Shown piece by piece: positions 37,803 through 47,765 of a DNA stretch of 64,000 nt. Source of the DNA: Candidatus Latescibacterota bacterium (lineage in GTDB: Bacteria; Latescibacterota; UBA2968; UBA8231). The stretch is from contig CBDETY010000003.1 in assembly GCA_965243025.1 (NCBI GenBank), positions 6,432,001-6,496,000 of the forward strand, in the 5' to 3' direction. The number at the start of each line of letters is the position of its first letter. Within the stretch, counting starts at the first letter, position 1. The notes under the pieces were generated by a model. That model saw only the letters and a list, made by a program, of their open reading frames with translations. It was not told the origin of the DNA and did no database searches. The position numbers and the translations under genes are program-made.

Positions 37803-38325
37803 GATAGGTGGCTCCCGTTTTCGCGACGAGAGGGCAACCGCAGGGTTGGTGAGTTTTGAATATGCGGCTATCGGGCGGCCGGGCAAACGAAACAGGAACC
37901 GGGAAGGGCCACCCCTGATCGGGACCTCCTCCCGCAGAAACCTGCCCTCGGCGATCCAACCCATGCGGCGGGCATGGCTTCGGCGGGGGACGGACCCTTG
38001 GGGGGCCGCTTCAGGCGCTTGCCCTTCAGCTCCAGGAGCGGCGAAACCAGTCGAGGCGGCCGGCACGGCCCTTCGGGGCATCCACCGAATCGCTCTCTCA
38101 TGCGCCCCCCGCGAGGTGGGCGGGCGCTGTCGGCTGGGCATGGGCCAACGTACATTTTCGCGGCTCCCGGTATGCGGCCCGATCTACCGTGAAACCCGGA
38201 CGTCCGGGCATCCCGGCCCGCCGGGTCGCCGTCGGGCGTGGTGTTCCCTTGTCAGGCAGTCCCTTTCGAGTCCTTCGGCCCCGCCGCGGATGAGCGGTCG
38301 GTCTGCCATCCCCAACCGTCTCTCC

Positions 38326-39327
38326 ATGTCCATTCCACTTCCCCAAATCCTGCCGATGCGCCCCTTCCTGCGCGAGATGGTCTGGGGCGGCCGGCGCCTC
38401 GAGCAGTACGGCAAGCAGCTGCCTCCCGGCGCCCTCATAGGGGAGTCGTGGGAGCTGTCTGCCTATCCCGGCATGGAGAGCAGCGTCGCCTCCGGGCCGC
38501 TTGGCGGCCGCTCCCTGCCGAGCCTGCTGGAGGAGTACGGAGAACAGCTGGTCGGAGGCCCCGCCTGGGAGGCCAGCGAAGGTCGCTTCCCGCTGCTCGT
38601 CAAGCTGATCGACGCCGGCGCCGACCTGTCGCTCCAGGTCCACCCCGACGACGAGTACGCCCGCAGCCGCGGTCTCGACCGCTTCGGCAAGATGGAGGCG
38701 TGGTACATGCTGGGGGCGACCACCGGCCGTTTCGCCGCGGGCCTGAAGAACGGGGTCACCCGGGAGGAGTTCTCGCGGGCCCTGGAGCAGGGGCGCGCCC
38801 TCGAAACGGTGGAGTTCCACGACGCCTGCCCGGACCAGGTGGTGTTCGTGCCCCCGGGGGTCGTCCACGCCGCCTGCGCCGGCATCATGATCTACGAGAT
38901 CCAGCAGTCGAGCGACGTCACCTTCCGCCTCTACGACTACGGCCGCGCCGGAGCGGACGGCAAGCCGCGCGAGCTCCACGTCGACCGCGGACTGGAGGTG
39001 ATCGCATTCGGGGAGGCGGCCCCGGCCCCGTTCCGGGTGGAGACCCGGCCGCCGGGGGGGTGCAGGGAACTGGTGCGGTCGGAGCGCTTCGACCTCGATC
39101 TCCACGCAGTCGCAGAGCGCGGCGGGCGGCTGGCGGCAGGGGACTCCTTTCTCTCCGTGACCGTCATCGAGGGGGGGCCGCTGCAGTACGCGGCCGGCGA
39201 CGGCAGCGACGGCCGCCTCGGCCTCGGAGAGACCGCCCTGGTGGCCGCCGGGGGAGAGGCGGCGGTCCGGGCGAGCCGCCCCACCAAGTGCCTGGCGGCT
39301 TCGCCGCCGGGAGGAGGCTGCCGGTGA
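38326..39327 (+). CDS. manA: Type I mannose-6-phosphate isomerase
   Basis: VWGG, GESWE, FPLLVKLIDA..LSLQVHP, EIQQSSDVTFRLYD. Confidence 0.9.
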   Translation: MSIPLPQILPMRPFLREMVWGGRRLEQYGKQLPPGALIGESWELSAYPGMESSVASGPLGGRSLPSLLEEYGEQLVGGPAWEASEGRFPLLVKLIDAGADLSLQVHPDDEYARSRGLDRFGKMEAWYMLGATTGRFAAGLKNGVTREEFSRALEQGRALETVEFHDACPDQVVFVPPGVVHAACAGIMIYEIQQSSDVTFRLYDYGRAGADGKPRELHVDRGLEVIAFGEAAPAPFRVETRPPGGCRELVRSERFDLDLHAVAERGGRLAAGDSFLSVTVIEGGPLQYAAGDGSDGRLGLGETALVAAGGEAAVRASRPTKCLAASPPGGGCR

Positions 39328-40403
39328 AATTCGTCGTCAGGGCCGGGGGAGCCGGCACCAGGCTGTGGCCCTTCAGCCGCAGGCGCCGGCCCAAGCAGTT
39401 CCACGCCATGACCGGGCCGCGCAGCATGATCCAGGAGGCGGTAGCCCGCGTGCGCCCGCTCGCCTCCGCCGAGGACCTCTTCGTGTCGACGGGAGAGGCG
39501 ACCGCCGGCTTCGTGCGCGAGCACCTCGCCGACCTCGGTCCCGGGCAGCTGATCGTCGAGCCGGCGCTGCGCAACACCGGGCCCGCGGTGGGCCTGGAGT
39601 GCGCCCTGCTCGAGGGCCGCTACCCGGGCTGCGTCGTCGCCAGCCTCGGGTCGGACCATTTCATCGGGGATCCCGCGGAGTTCCGGCGCCTGCTGAAGGC
39701 CGCTGAAGCCGCGGTCGAGGAGCACCCCGGTTTCCTGCTGACCATCGGCGTCGTGCCGACCCGGCCCGAGACCGGGTACGGGTACATCCGCAAGGGGGAG
39801 GTGCTCTGCGCGGTCTCGGGCAGGGCGGTCTACAGGGTGCCGGAGTTCAGGGAGAAGCCGGACGCGGAGGCGGCCGCGCAGTACGTCGAAAGCGGCGGCT
39901 ACCTGTGGAACTCCAACATGTTCGTCTGGAAGGCCGCCGCGGTTCTCGAGCTGTTCGAGCGCTTCGAGCCGGAGATCTTCCCCGCCCTCGCTGCGATCCG
40001 CGAGGCTGCCGCGGCCGGATCTCCCGAGGCGGCGATCGCCGATCTCTACCCCGGGCTGCCGTCGATCTCCATCGACCACGCGGTCCTCGAGCGCGCCCCC
40101 CGGGTGGCGGCCCTGGAAGGGGAGTTCGCCTGGGGGGACGTCGGCAGCTGGGCGGCCCTGACCGACGTGCTGCCCGCGGACGAGGACGGCAACCTGTTCT
40201 CCGGGACCGTTCTCGCCATCGACGCCCGCCGCGTCACCGCGTACGGCGGCCGGGAGAAGCTGATCGCCCTCGTCGGGGTGGAGGATCTCGTCGTCGTCGA
40301 CACCGAGGACGCCCTCCTCGTATGCCGCAAGGACCAGGCCCAGCGGGTCAAGGAAGTGCTCGACCGCCTCGGCTCCGACGGCGATCTCTCCCGATACAGC
40401 TGA
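39324..40403 (+). CDS. manC: Mannose-1-phosphate guanylyltransferase
   Basis: AGGAGTRLWP, PKQF, RNTGPA, ETGYGYI, WNSNMF, WGDVGSW; GTGA overlap with manA. Confidence 0.92.
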   Translation: MKFVVRAGGAGTRLWPFSRRRRPKQFHAMTGPRSMIQEAVARVRPLASAEDLFVSTGEATAGFVREHLADLGPGQLIVEPALRNTGPAVGLECALLEGRYPGCVVASLGSDHFIGDPAEFRRLLKAAEAAVEEHPGFLLTIGVVPTRPETGYGYIRKGEVLCAVSGRAVYRVPEFREKPDAEAAAQYVESGGYLWNSNMFVWKAAAVLELFERFEPEIFPALAAIREAAAAGSPEAAIADLYPGLPSISIDHAVLERAPRVAALEGEFAWGDVGSWAALTDVLPADEDGNLFSGTVLAIDARRVTAYGGREKLIALVGVEDLVVVDTEDALLVCRKDQAQRVKEVLDRLGSDGDLSRYS

Positions 40404-40516
40404 CGCCCTCCGGATCCGCTGCCGAGGCATCTGGCCGGGGCCTGCGGCTCAGGACAACGCCTTCGTGCCCGGGGGGGATCCTGGACGCAGGGTTGCCCGG
40501 GCCGGCCAGAACGGCG

Positions 40517-41674
40517 TTATGACGGGCTCAGCTCGCGGATGAAGCGGCAGATCCGGTGCAGGCCTTCGCCGATCAGCTCCTCAGGGGAGGCGATGGAGAT
40601 GCGCACGTGGTCGGCGCACATGTTCCCGAAGGTGCTCCCCGGGGCCACCGCGACCTTGTGCTCGGAAATCAGCCGCAGGGCGAACGAGTGGGAATCGAGG
40701 CCGGTGGAGGAGATGTCGACGAGCAGGTAGAAGGCCCCTCCCGGCGTGTAGCGGTAGAGGCCGTACTCGCGCAGGATCCCCAGGGCGAGGTCCCGCCGCG
40801 CCCGGTACTGCCCGCACATGGCGCGCACGCAATCGTCCGGCCCCTCGAGGGCGGCGACCGCGGCCTTCTGCGCGAACCCGACGCCGCACGAGACCAGGGG
40901 CTCCTGCAGCTTGGCAGCCAGCTCGATGTAGTCGGCCCGCGCCCGCGTGAGACCGACGCGGAAGCCGGTCATGGCGAAGCTCTTCGACATCCCCGTCACC
41001 AGGATCAGGCGTTCGTCGGCGTCGTGCGGCAGGGCGCTGGCGTGGTCCCCGTCGAACACGATCTCCCCGTAGATCTCGTCGGACAGCACCCACAGGTCGT
41101 GCCTCCGCGCGAACTCCATCAGCTGACCGGTCAGTGACCGGTCGTGCACCTGTCCGGTGGGATTGGAGGGGTTGCACAGCAGCAGCAGCCTGGTGCGGTC
41201 CGACACCAGGGACTCCATTTCGTCGAGATCGGGGAGAAAGCTGCGCTCCGGGCGCAGGTCGTAGAAGACCGGCCTGCCGTGAAACAGCGACACCGCCATG
41301 GCGTAGTTGGGCCAGCCCGGATCCGGGAGCAGCACCTCGTCGCCGGGCTCGAGCAGGGAGAGGAAGGCGGTCGCGGCGCTCAGCACCGCCCCCTGGGTGA
41401 CCAGGATCTGCTCCGTGGCCGTGGTCACCCCCGTGCCGCGTTCGATGTAGCGGGCCGCGGCGGCGCGCAGGTCGTCGATTCCGGCGTTCGGCACGTAGCG
41501 GGTGTGGCCCTCGCGGGCGCCGCGGCAGGCCGCTTCGACGATGTGTTCCGGGGTGTCGAAGTCAGGCTGGCCGACCTCGAGGTGGATCGCCCCCTCGGTC
41601 GCCCAGGCGAGGTCCATGATTTCCCGGATCCCCGACCGCGGCAGCTCCGAGGGAATCCGGGCGAATGCCTTCAT
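40517..41674 (-). CDS. Class I/II PLP aminotransferase (aspartate aminotransferase-like)
   Basis: GQPDFDTP, NPSNPTG, SDEIY, SKSFAMTGFRVG. Confidence 0.92.
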   Translation of the reverse strand: MKAFARIPSELPRSGIREIMDLAWATEGAIHLEVGQPDFDTPEHIVEAACRGAREGHTRYVPNAGIDDLRAAAARYIERGTGVTTATEQILVTQGAVLSAATAFLSLLEPGDEVLLPDPGWPNYAMAVSLFHGRPVFYDLRPERSFLPDLDEMESLVSDRTRLLLLCNPSNPTGQVHDRSLTGQLMEFARRHDLWVLSDEIYGEIVFDGDHASALPHDADERLILVTGMSKSFAMTGFRVGLTRARADYIELAAKLQEPLVSCGVGFAQKAAVAALEGPDDCVRAMCGQYRARRDLALGILREYGLYRYTPGGAFYLLVDISSTGLDSHSFALRLISEHKVAVAPGSTFGNMCADHVRISIASPEELIGEGLHRICRFIRELSPS

Positions 41675-41678
41675 GCCT

Positions 41679-42473
41679 TCAGCGCAGGTGTATGCCGGGA
41701 CCGGTCGAGCCGATCATCTGCACCGTGTTGTAGATCGAGGCCGGGGTGCTCGCCCCGGTGACCCCGGAGATGCTCTCGACGCGCTCGACGTTGAGCTCCA
41801 GGGCGGGGCCCCGGGCCTGGATGGCGACGGTGGCGGTGTTCCACTCCGGATTGACCAGCATGACCGAGTGGGTGCGGTCGAAGCCGATGCCGGCGTAGGC
41901 GATGGAGGCGTGGGTGTTGACGTTGCGGGGGAACAGCGGGCAGATGCCGCGCGTGGGCCCGTCGTAGAGGCAGGTCTCCTCGGTGATGCTGTCCGGGTCG
42001 ACCCCGGCGTTGGCGCAGTCGACGTTGTGGGGCGGCTTCTTCATGACGACGTCGACCGACTCCCAGACGTCGCGGTTTTCCAGCAGCGCGTCCATGCCGA
42101 CCACCCCTCCGTGGGGGATGAACACCCGCGTCCCGTTGGCGACGCTGGTTTCGCCGAGTTTCCTCTCGACCTCCTCGTCGGCCAGCGCCGTTACCGAGAT
42201 CAGCATGTAGTTGGTCTCCCGGAGGATCGTTTCGGCCCAGCGGCGGGTCACCTCCGGGTGCGCCATCTCGACCACGAGGTCGGCCCGGCGGCCGGCGAAG
42301 TCGCCGAGATCCTCCAGCGCCAGGCCGTCGGGAAGGTCGGCGAGCCTGCCGGTGTCCTGGTCGTGCACGAAGACGACTTCCATACCCTGGTCGGAAGCAT
42401 CGATCATCCGGTGTACGGCGTTGCCGATCTGGCCGTACCCGATAAAGCCTATCCGCGTCCTGTCTGCCGCCAT
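41679..42473 (-). CDS. Aspartate dehydrogenase-like (NadX/DUF108) protein
   Basis: GYGQIG, VVEMAHP, GGVVGMD, KKPP, FPRNVN. Confidence 0.8.
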   Translation of the reverse strand: MAADRTRIGFIGYGQIGNAVHRMIDASDQGMEVVFVHDQDTGRLADLPDGLALEDLGDFAGRRADLVVEMAHPEVTRRWAETILRETNYMLISVTALADEEVERKLGETSVANGTRVFIPHGGVVGMDALLENRDVWESVDVVMKKPPHNVDCANAGVDPDSITEETCLYDGPTRGICPLFPRNVNTHASIAYAGIGFDRTHSVMLVNPEWNTATVAIQARGPALELNVERVESISGVTGASTPASIYNTVQMIGSTGPGIHLR

Positions 42474-42665
42474 TGTACGCGCCCCTTTCTGCTTTCCTGT
42501 GGACGTTGAATGTGCGATCCGTGAAAACGGCGAGGGAATATAGGCGGCCCCGCGATTTCCCAGCCAGCCGGGAGGGGTTGCCCCCGCCCGGGCAGCGGCC
42601 GGGCGGTCACAGGTGCGGAAGCGGCCGGGAGGAGAAGCAGGACCTTTGAGGCGGACTGCGGGATC

Positions 42666-43595
42666 TCAGGAATCGGGGTCGGGCTTCGGCCGCGACGCCA
42701 CCTTGGCGACCCAGATGCTGATCTCGTAGAGCCCGAGCAGGGGCAGCGCCATCAGCAGCTGCGACAGCGGGTCGGGCGGGGTGAAGATGGCGGCGAGCAG
42801 GAAGATGGCGATGATTCCGTAGCGTCTGAAACGGCGCATCAGCTCCGGTGTGACGACCCCCATCTTGGCCAGCACCAGGGTTACTACCGGAAGCTCGAAC
42901 ACCAGGCCGAACCCGAGCAGCAGCCGCAGCACGAAACCGACGTACTCGTCCACCGCCCACTGGGAGGTCATGTCCGGGGGTTCGAGCCCGAGGAAGAACC
43001 TCAGCCCGAGGGGGAGGACGATCCAGTAGGCGATCATGCCGCCGCAGCCGAAGCAGAGGACGCTGAGCCCGGCGACCGGGAGGAGCAGCCGGCGCTCGCG
43101 GGCGAGGAGCCCGGGGGCGACGAAACGCCAGAGCTGGTGAAAGACCACCGGAAGCGAGAGCACGAGGCCGCCGATGATGGCGATCTGCAGGGTGACGAAG
43201 AAATAGGTCATCGGGCGCAGCGACTGCAGCCGGCGTCCCGGCGGGATCGCCGGGGCCGCCTCGGCAACGGTGGTATCCGGAAGTGCGGGGGAGAACCCCG
43301 TGTCCCACCAGCGCAGCAGCAGGCCGCGCACCGCTTCGACCGGGCCGGTGGCTCTCGCGGTCTGCATGCTGATCACCGCCTCCTCGTACGGGTAGGTGAG
43401 GATCTCGACGATGGGGTCGCTCAAAACGAAGCAGACCAGCGCTCCGACGAGGACCGCGGCCAGGGCCTTGAGGATACACCAGCGAAGCTCCTCGAGATGG
43501 TCGAGAAACGGCATCTCCCTGGCGTTCTCTTCGTTCCCCTCCACCTCCTCTTCGGGGGTTGTGAGTTCCTGCTCGTTCGTGGTTTCGTCCGACAT
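42666..43595 (-). CDS. tatC: Twin-arginine translocase TatC
   Basis: MPFLDHLEELR, QLWRFVAPGL, FELP, TPPDPLSQ, LYEISI. Confidence 0.95.
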   Translation of the reverse strand: MSDETTNEQELTTPEEEVEGNEENAREMPFLDHLEELRWCILKALAAVLVGALVCFVLSDPIVEILTYPYEEAVISMQTARATGPVEAVRGLLLRWWDTGFSPALPDTTVAEAAPAIPPGRRLQSLRPMTYFFVTLQIAIIGGLVLSLPVVFHQLWRFVAPGLLARERRLLLPVAGLSVLCFGCGGMIAYWIVLPLGLRFFLGLEPPDMTSQWAVDEYVGFVLRLLLGFGLVFELPVVTLVLAKMGVVTPELMRRFRRYGIIAIFLLAAIFTPPDPLSQLLMALPLLGLYEISIWVAKVASRPKPDPDS

Positions 43596-43598
43596 CGG

Positions 43599-43754
43599 TC
43601 AGGGGCCGGGGAAGCGGTGCCCCGGAAGGGCGGCGGCGAGCTGGGCGGCCAGGTCGCCGTCCGCTTCGCCTTGAGTGTTTTCGGGGTCTATCCGGATCTC
43701 CACTTCCTGGTTTCCGCTTCAGTCATTTCCGCGCGCAGCGAGGGTCTTCCCCAT
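43599..43754 (-). CDS. Candidate 51-aa small protein with an in-frame UGA (possible selenocysteine)
   Basis: MGKTLAARGND-UGA-SGNQEVEIRIDPENTQGEADGDLAAQLAAALPGHRFPGP*; stop lies 3 nt before the tatC ATG. Confidence 0.4.
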
Positions 43755-44112
43755 GCCGGCAATTGTGATGCCGCAACGAAGGGGCGACTATGCGAGTGGG
43801 CCTGTGGAAAATAGCACCCATGCCGGGGGCCGGCTAAGGGATCGCCCTCGACAGGGGGCGATTTCCCGGGGATGGGAGGGGCCGGCCGTAGCGCCTTCGT
43901 CAGTTTACCGCCGCACTCACCGAAGGATCGGCGGTCCGCTGGATGGACGCGCGGTCGAAGAGCTCCGGTAAATCCGGGCATCCGGCGGCAGCCTCGTCGG
44001 AATCGCCCGCAGCGCATGCGTGTTCGCTATCTTGAGAGCCGGATCACGGTGGAGCTGCCGGCTTTCGACCGTATGTCGGACGGACGCCCTGCCATGGACA
44101 GGAGACAGGGAG

Positions 44113-44835
44113 ATGAAACAGGTGTCACCGGAGGTTTTCGAAGGCCTCCGACAGCTCGACACGGCAACGATTTTCAACGCCGTTGTCGAGGCGCGCGGCG
44201 CCAGCCAGGGCGGACGCCAGCTCGAGGACCAGGGCGGAGTGCCCTTCAACTACATGGGTCCCGGAATGCAGTGCATGCTGCCGAAGCTCGGCATGGCCGT
44301 CGGTTACGCGGTCACCTGCGAGCTGACGACCCAGGACCCGGACGGACCCGCTCTGGCATGGCACGAATATTACGACTGCCTCGACCAGTCGCCGGGCCCG
44401 ATGGTGGCCGTCATGAAGGACGTCGACACCCGTTGCGGCCGCGGCGCGTCGCTGGGAGACGGCATGGCCGCCCTCCACAAGCGGCTGGGGGTCGCCGGTA
44501 TCGTCGTCGACGGCTCGATACGGGATCTGGACGGAATCGAACGGGTGGGCCTTCCGGTCTGGGGAACCGGCCTCGTCCCGGGTCACGGCGTGTTCAGCCT
44601 GGTGCGCTGCAATCAGCCGGTCGCCGTGAAGGAGCTCCTGATCCACCCCGGGGAAATCGTCGCCGCCGACCGGGACGGAGTGGTGAAGATCCCGGCGGGG
44701 GACGACCCCGGAACCGTGCTGGAAAAGGGCAGGGAGATTCAGGAGCGCGAGGCCCGCTCCCACGCTGTTTACTCCGATCCGGATCTGACCTGGCAGGAAA
44801 TCAAGGAGTATCAGCAGAGGATGCGTTCGCAATGA
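44113..44835 (+). CDS. RraA family protein (HMG aldolase-like)
   Basis: VGYAVT, LGDGMA, VDGSIRD, GEIVAADRDGVV. Confidence 0.85.
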   Translation: MKQVSPEVFEGLRQLDTATIFNAVVEARGASQGGRQLEDQGGVPFNYMGPGMQCMLPKLGMAVGYAVTCELTTQDPDGPALAWHEYYDCLDQSPGPMVAVMKDVDTRCGRGASLGDGMAALHKRLGVAGIVVDGSIRDLDGIERVGLPVWGTGLVPGHGVFSLVRCNQPVAVKELLIHPGEIVAADRDGVVKIPAGDDPGTVLEKGREIQEREARSHAVYSDPDLTWQEIKEYQQRMRSQ

Positions 44836-44952
44836 CCCGCCCGACGGTGCGTCCCGCCACCCGGACCATCTGCCACCGAACCGGTTCCTTCAGCAGATTC
44901 GCCGCCGCCCGGGAGAGCTGATTCCCGCTCTCCTTTCCCGGTTTCCAGCTCC

Positions 44953-46521
44953 TCAGACGGCCCGCCTGGAGAGCGGGATGGCGGCCATTGCCGCAAGGAA
45001 GGCCGCGGCGGTGACGAGCCGGGCGAACAGGTCGCCGCGGCGGTTGTAGAAGGTCCGGCGCGACCCGGTGGCGAGGCCGCCGACGGCGTGCGCCTCGGTG
45101 AAGACCGGCGTCGACTGCGAGGTGCGGCCGTACGGGTCGACGAAAAGTGAGACCCCGCTCGTGGCGCAACGGGCGATGGCGGTGCGGTTCTCGACCGCCC
45201 TGAACACCGCCAGCTGGGCGTGCTGGTAGGGACCGGCGGTGCGGCCGAACCAGGAGTCGTTGGTGATCACGACGAGGAAGTCGGCGCCGGCGGCGACGTG
45301 GCGGCGCACCAGGTCGGGAAACACCGACTCGAAGCAGATCAGCACCGCGAAGTCGCCGCGCGGGTGCTCGAACAAGGTGCGCTCCCGCCCGCGGGCGAAC
45401 TCGGCCGGGCCGAGGTCCCCGGTCAGGGCGGTCCAGTCGATTTCCCGCAGCAGCGGCACGTGGTCCATGAAAGGAGTGCGCTCGCCGAACGGCACCAGGT
45501 GCATCTTGGCGTACCTCTGCGGCGGACGGTCCCTGGCGAAGTAGAAAGCGGCGTTGTAGGGCTCCCGGGTGTGCGGGTCGGCGTCCGAGGCGCCGGTCAG
45601 GACCGGCACCCCGAGCTCGGCGACGAGCTCCTCGACGCGGCTGCGGCAGTCCGCGCGGGTGCGCAACTGGCAGGGGACCGCGGTCTCAGGCCAGACGAGG
45701 AGGTCCGGTCCCTGCGCGGCCGCCGCCCGGGAGAGCTGCTCGAGAGTGATGAAGCTGCGCTCCAGGCCGCCGCTGTGCCATTTCTCCAGCCCGAGATTGT
45801 TCTGCACCAGCCCGACCCTGAGACCCCGCTCCCCAGGGGTCGAATCGATGACCGCTGTCGAGTACCACCAGGGACAGACGAACAGCGCGAGCAGCGCCGC
45901 GGCGCCGGCCAGCCTCGGCCGCATGCCGGAGGCTCGCAGCGTCAACCACAGGACGGCGTTGACCGCAGCCGCCCAGAAGGACACGCCGTACACCCCGGTG
46001 ATCTCGGCGTACTGGATGAGCTCCACGGTAACCGCCTGGGTGGACCCCAGCAGGAGCCAGGGAAACCCGAGCTCTCCCAGCGACAGCAGGTACTCCGCCC
46101 CGGTCCAGAGCAGCGGCGCGGCCAGCCATCCGGCATGGGGCCACGCTTTCACCGCGGTGGACAGCCCGGCGCCGGCCAGACCGTAGAACAGCCCGATGTA
46201 GCCGGCCATCAGCAGGGTGCCGGCGACGACCGCGGGTCCGCCCCCCTGGGTGAAGGCGACCCAGTAGAGGCTGTAGAGGCTGAAGACGAAGCCGGTCACC
46301 CAGCCGCAGCGGAATCCCTCTTTCCAGGCCGGCCGGGGTAGGCAGGAGAACAGCGGCAGCAGGGCGACGAAGGCCCAGGGGGAGCCGTGGGCCCATGCCA
46401 TCGGGTGGTCCGGAGCCGTCGGAAAGGCCAGCGACAGCAGCAGTCCCGAGAGGGCGGGCGCGACCCATCCACCTCCGGCCGGGGTCGGCGCGCTCGATGT
46501 CTGGAATCCCATGGGAAACAT
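44953..46521 (-). CDS. lnt: Apolipoprotein N-acyltransferase
   Basis: GFPW, WPET, KMHLVPFGE, ICFES, TNDSWFG, RAVENR. Confidence 0.95.
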   Translation of the reverse strand: MFPMGFQTSSAPTPAGGGWVAPALSGLLLSLAFPTAPDHPMAWAHGSPWAFVALLPLFSCLPRPAWKEGFRCGWVTGFVFSLYSLYWVAFTQGGGPAVVAGTLLMAGYIGLFYGLAGAGLSTAVKAWPHAGWLAAPLLWTGAEYLLSLGELGFPWLLLGSTQAVTVELIQYAEITGVYGVSFWAAAVNAVLWLTLRASGMRPRLAGAAALLALFVCPWWYSTAVIDSTPGERGLRVGLVQNNLGLEKWHSGGLERSFITLEQLSRAAAAQGPDLLVWPETAVPCQLRTRADCRSRVEELVAELGVPVLTGASDADPHTREPYNAAFYFARDRPPQRYAKMHLVPFGERTPFMDHVPLLREIDWTALTGDLGPAEFARGRERTLFEHPRGDFAVLICFESVFPDLVRRHVAAGADFLVVITNDSWFGRTAGPYQHAQLAVFRAVENRTAIARCATSGVSLFVDPYGRTSQSTPVFTEAHAVGGLATGSRRTFYNRRGDLFARLVTAAAFLAAMAAIPLSRRAV

Positions 46522-46986
46522 CAGGGTGCCGTTTCGATACGACCCGGTGATTTAATCCGCAGAAGCATCTTTTCGGGGGTGTTGCTATCGCCCACAACAG
46601 CCAGCCACGACTTCATCGGCATTCAGGCCGGGCGCTTCGCGCTCCGGTTTTGAAAGCGGTTACAGGGAGGGACACCGGGAGCCTGGGTGAGGGCTGCAGT
46701 GCGGATGGAGGCGTCCCGGCGCGGGGGAACGCCGCGAGCCGGGAGGCGGCGGCGGGGAAAGCGCGCAATATACCGGCCTTCCAGGCAGCGGGCAAAGCGG
46801 TACGGGATATGCTTGCAAACCGTGCAGCAGTTCCTCAGTCCGCGATACTGTTTCCGGATGGTGTCGCGTGTAAGCGATCGGAGCCGGAACATGAAAACGA
46901 GGACGAGCAGGGGGGCAGCAGCAGCGGGGAATCAGCCGCGGGAGGGGCGGGCGGCTTGCTACGCCATCACCGCCGGAAGGGGGGCC

Positions 46987-47655
46987 ATGGCGATAGGAGA
47001 AGGGGGAGCGTCGCAGCTGCCGCGGGAGCGGCTGGCGCGCGACGGCGTCGAGGCGCTGCGCGACAGCGAGCTTCTCGCTCTCGTCCTGGGGACGGGATAC
47101 CGCGGCTGCAACGTGCTCGACGTCGCCCGGGGAATCGTCGAGAAGCACGATCTCGGAGAGCTGATGTCCTTCGACCTCGTGCAGCTGTCGCGCCTCAAGG
47201 GGGTCGGCAAGGTGAAGGCGGCCATACTTCTGGCGGCGTTCGAGCTGGCGCGCCGCGCCCTCGACAAGGGACTGGGGGTGCTGCCCATCATCAGCACTCC
47301 GGTAGAGACGATTCCGCTGCTGGCCGAGATCAAGGACCAGCGCAAGGAGTACTTCGTCTGCCTCTACCTCAACGCGCGCAACCAGGTGATCCACAAGGAA
47401 GTGATCTCGATCGGCAGCCTGTCGGCCTCGATCGTCCATCCGCGGGAGGTCTTCCAGGTAGGTGTGTATCATTCGGCGGCGAGCATCATTCTCGCTCACA
47501 ACCATCCTTCCGGAGACGTCTCGCCGAGCAAGGACGACATCGATCTGACGCACCGGTTGCGCGAGGCGGGCCTGATCATGGGGATCGAAGTCCTCGATCA
47601 CATCATCATCGCCGCCGGGGATTTCGTCAGTCTGAAGGAGACGGGGATCGTCTGA
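46987..47655 (+). CDS. radC: RadC/JAB-domain protein (UPF0758)
   Basis: PRERL..ELLALVL, HhH GVGKVKA, VHPREVF, HNHPSGD, LDHIII. Confidence 0.93.
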   Translation: MAIGEGGASQLPRERLARDGVEALRDSELLALVLGTGYRGCNVLDVARGIVEKHDLGELMSFDLVQLSRLKGVGKVKAAILLAAFELARRALDKGLGVLPIISTPVETIPLLAEIKDQRKEYFVCLYLNARNQVIHKEVISIGSLSASIVHPREVFQVGVYHSAASIILAHNHPSGDVSPSKDDIDLTHRLREAGLIMGIEVLDHIIIAAGDFVSLKETGIV

Positions 47656-47699
47656 CCGCGGGCTGTCTGGAGCATCCCCTGCAGGGGGTCCCTTTCGTT

Positions 47700-47727
47700 T
47701 TGCTTAACGGCTCGGATGAGGTATATT
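47700..47727 (+). promoter_or_regulatory. Putative sigma70 promoter
   Basis: TTGCTT-N16-TATATT, 38 nt upstream of the ATG at 47766. Confidence 0.55.
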
Positions 47728-47765
47728 CCGGGGCATCGCGCTAAACACAGTGTTAGCAGCCAGTT

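Noticed and set aside
46987-47655. RadC/JAB gene as a marker of a mobile element or defence island
   Set aside because: It is the long HhH-containing chromosomal form among housekeeping genes, with no E1/E2, CBASS or integrase neighbours
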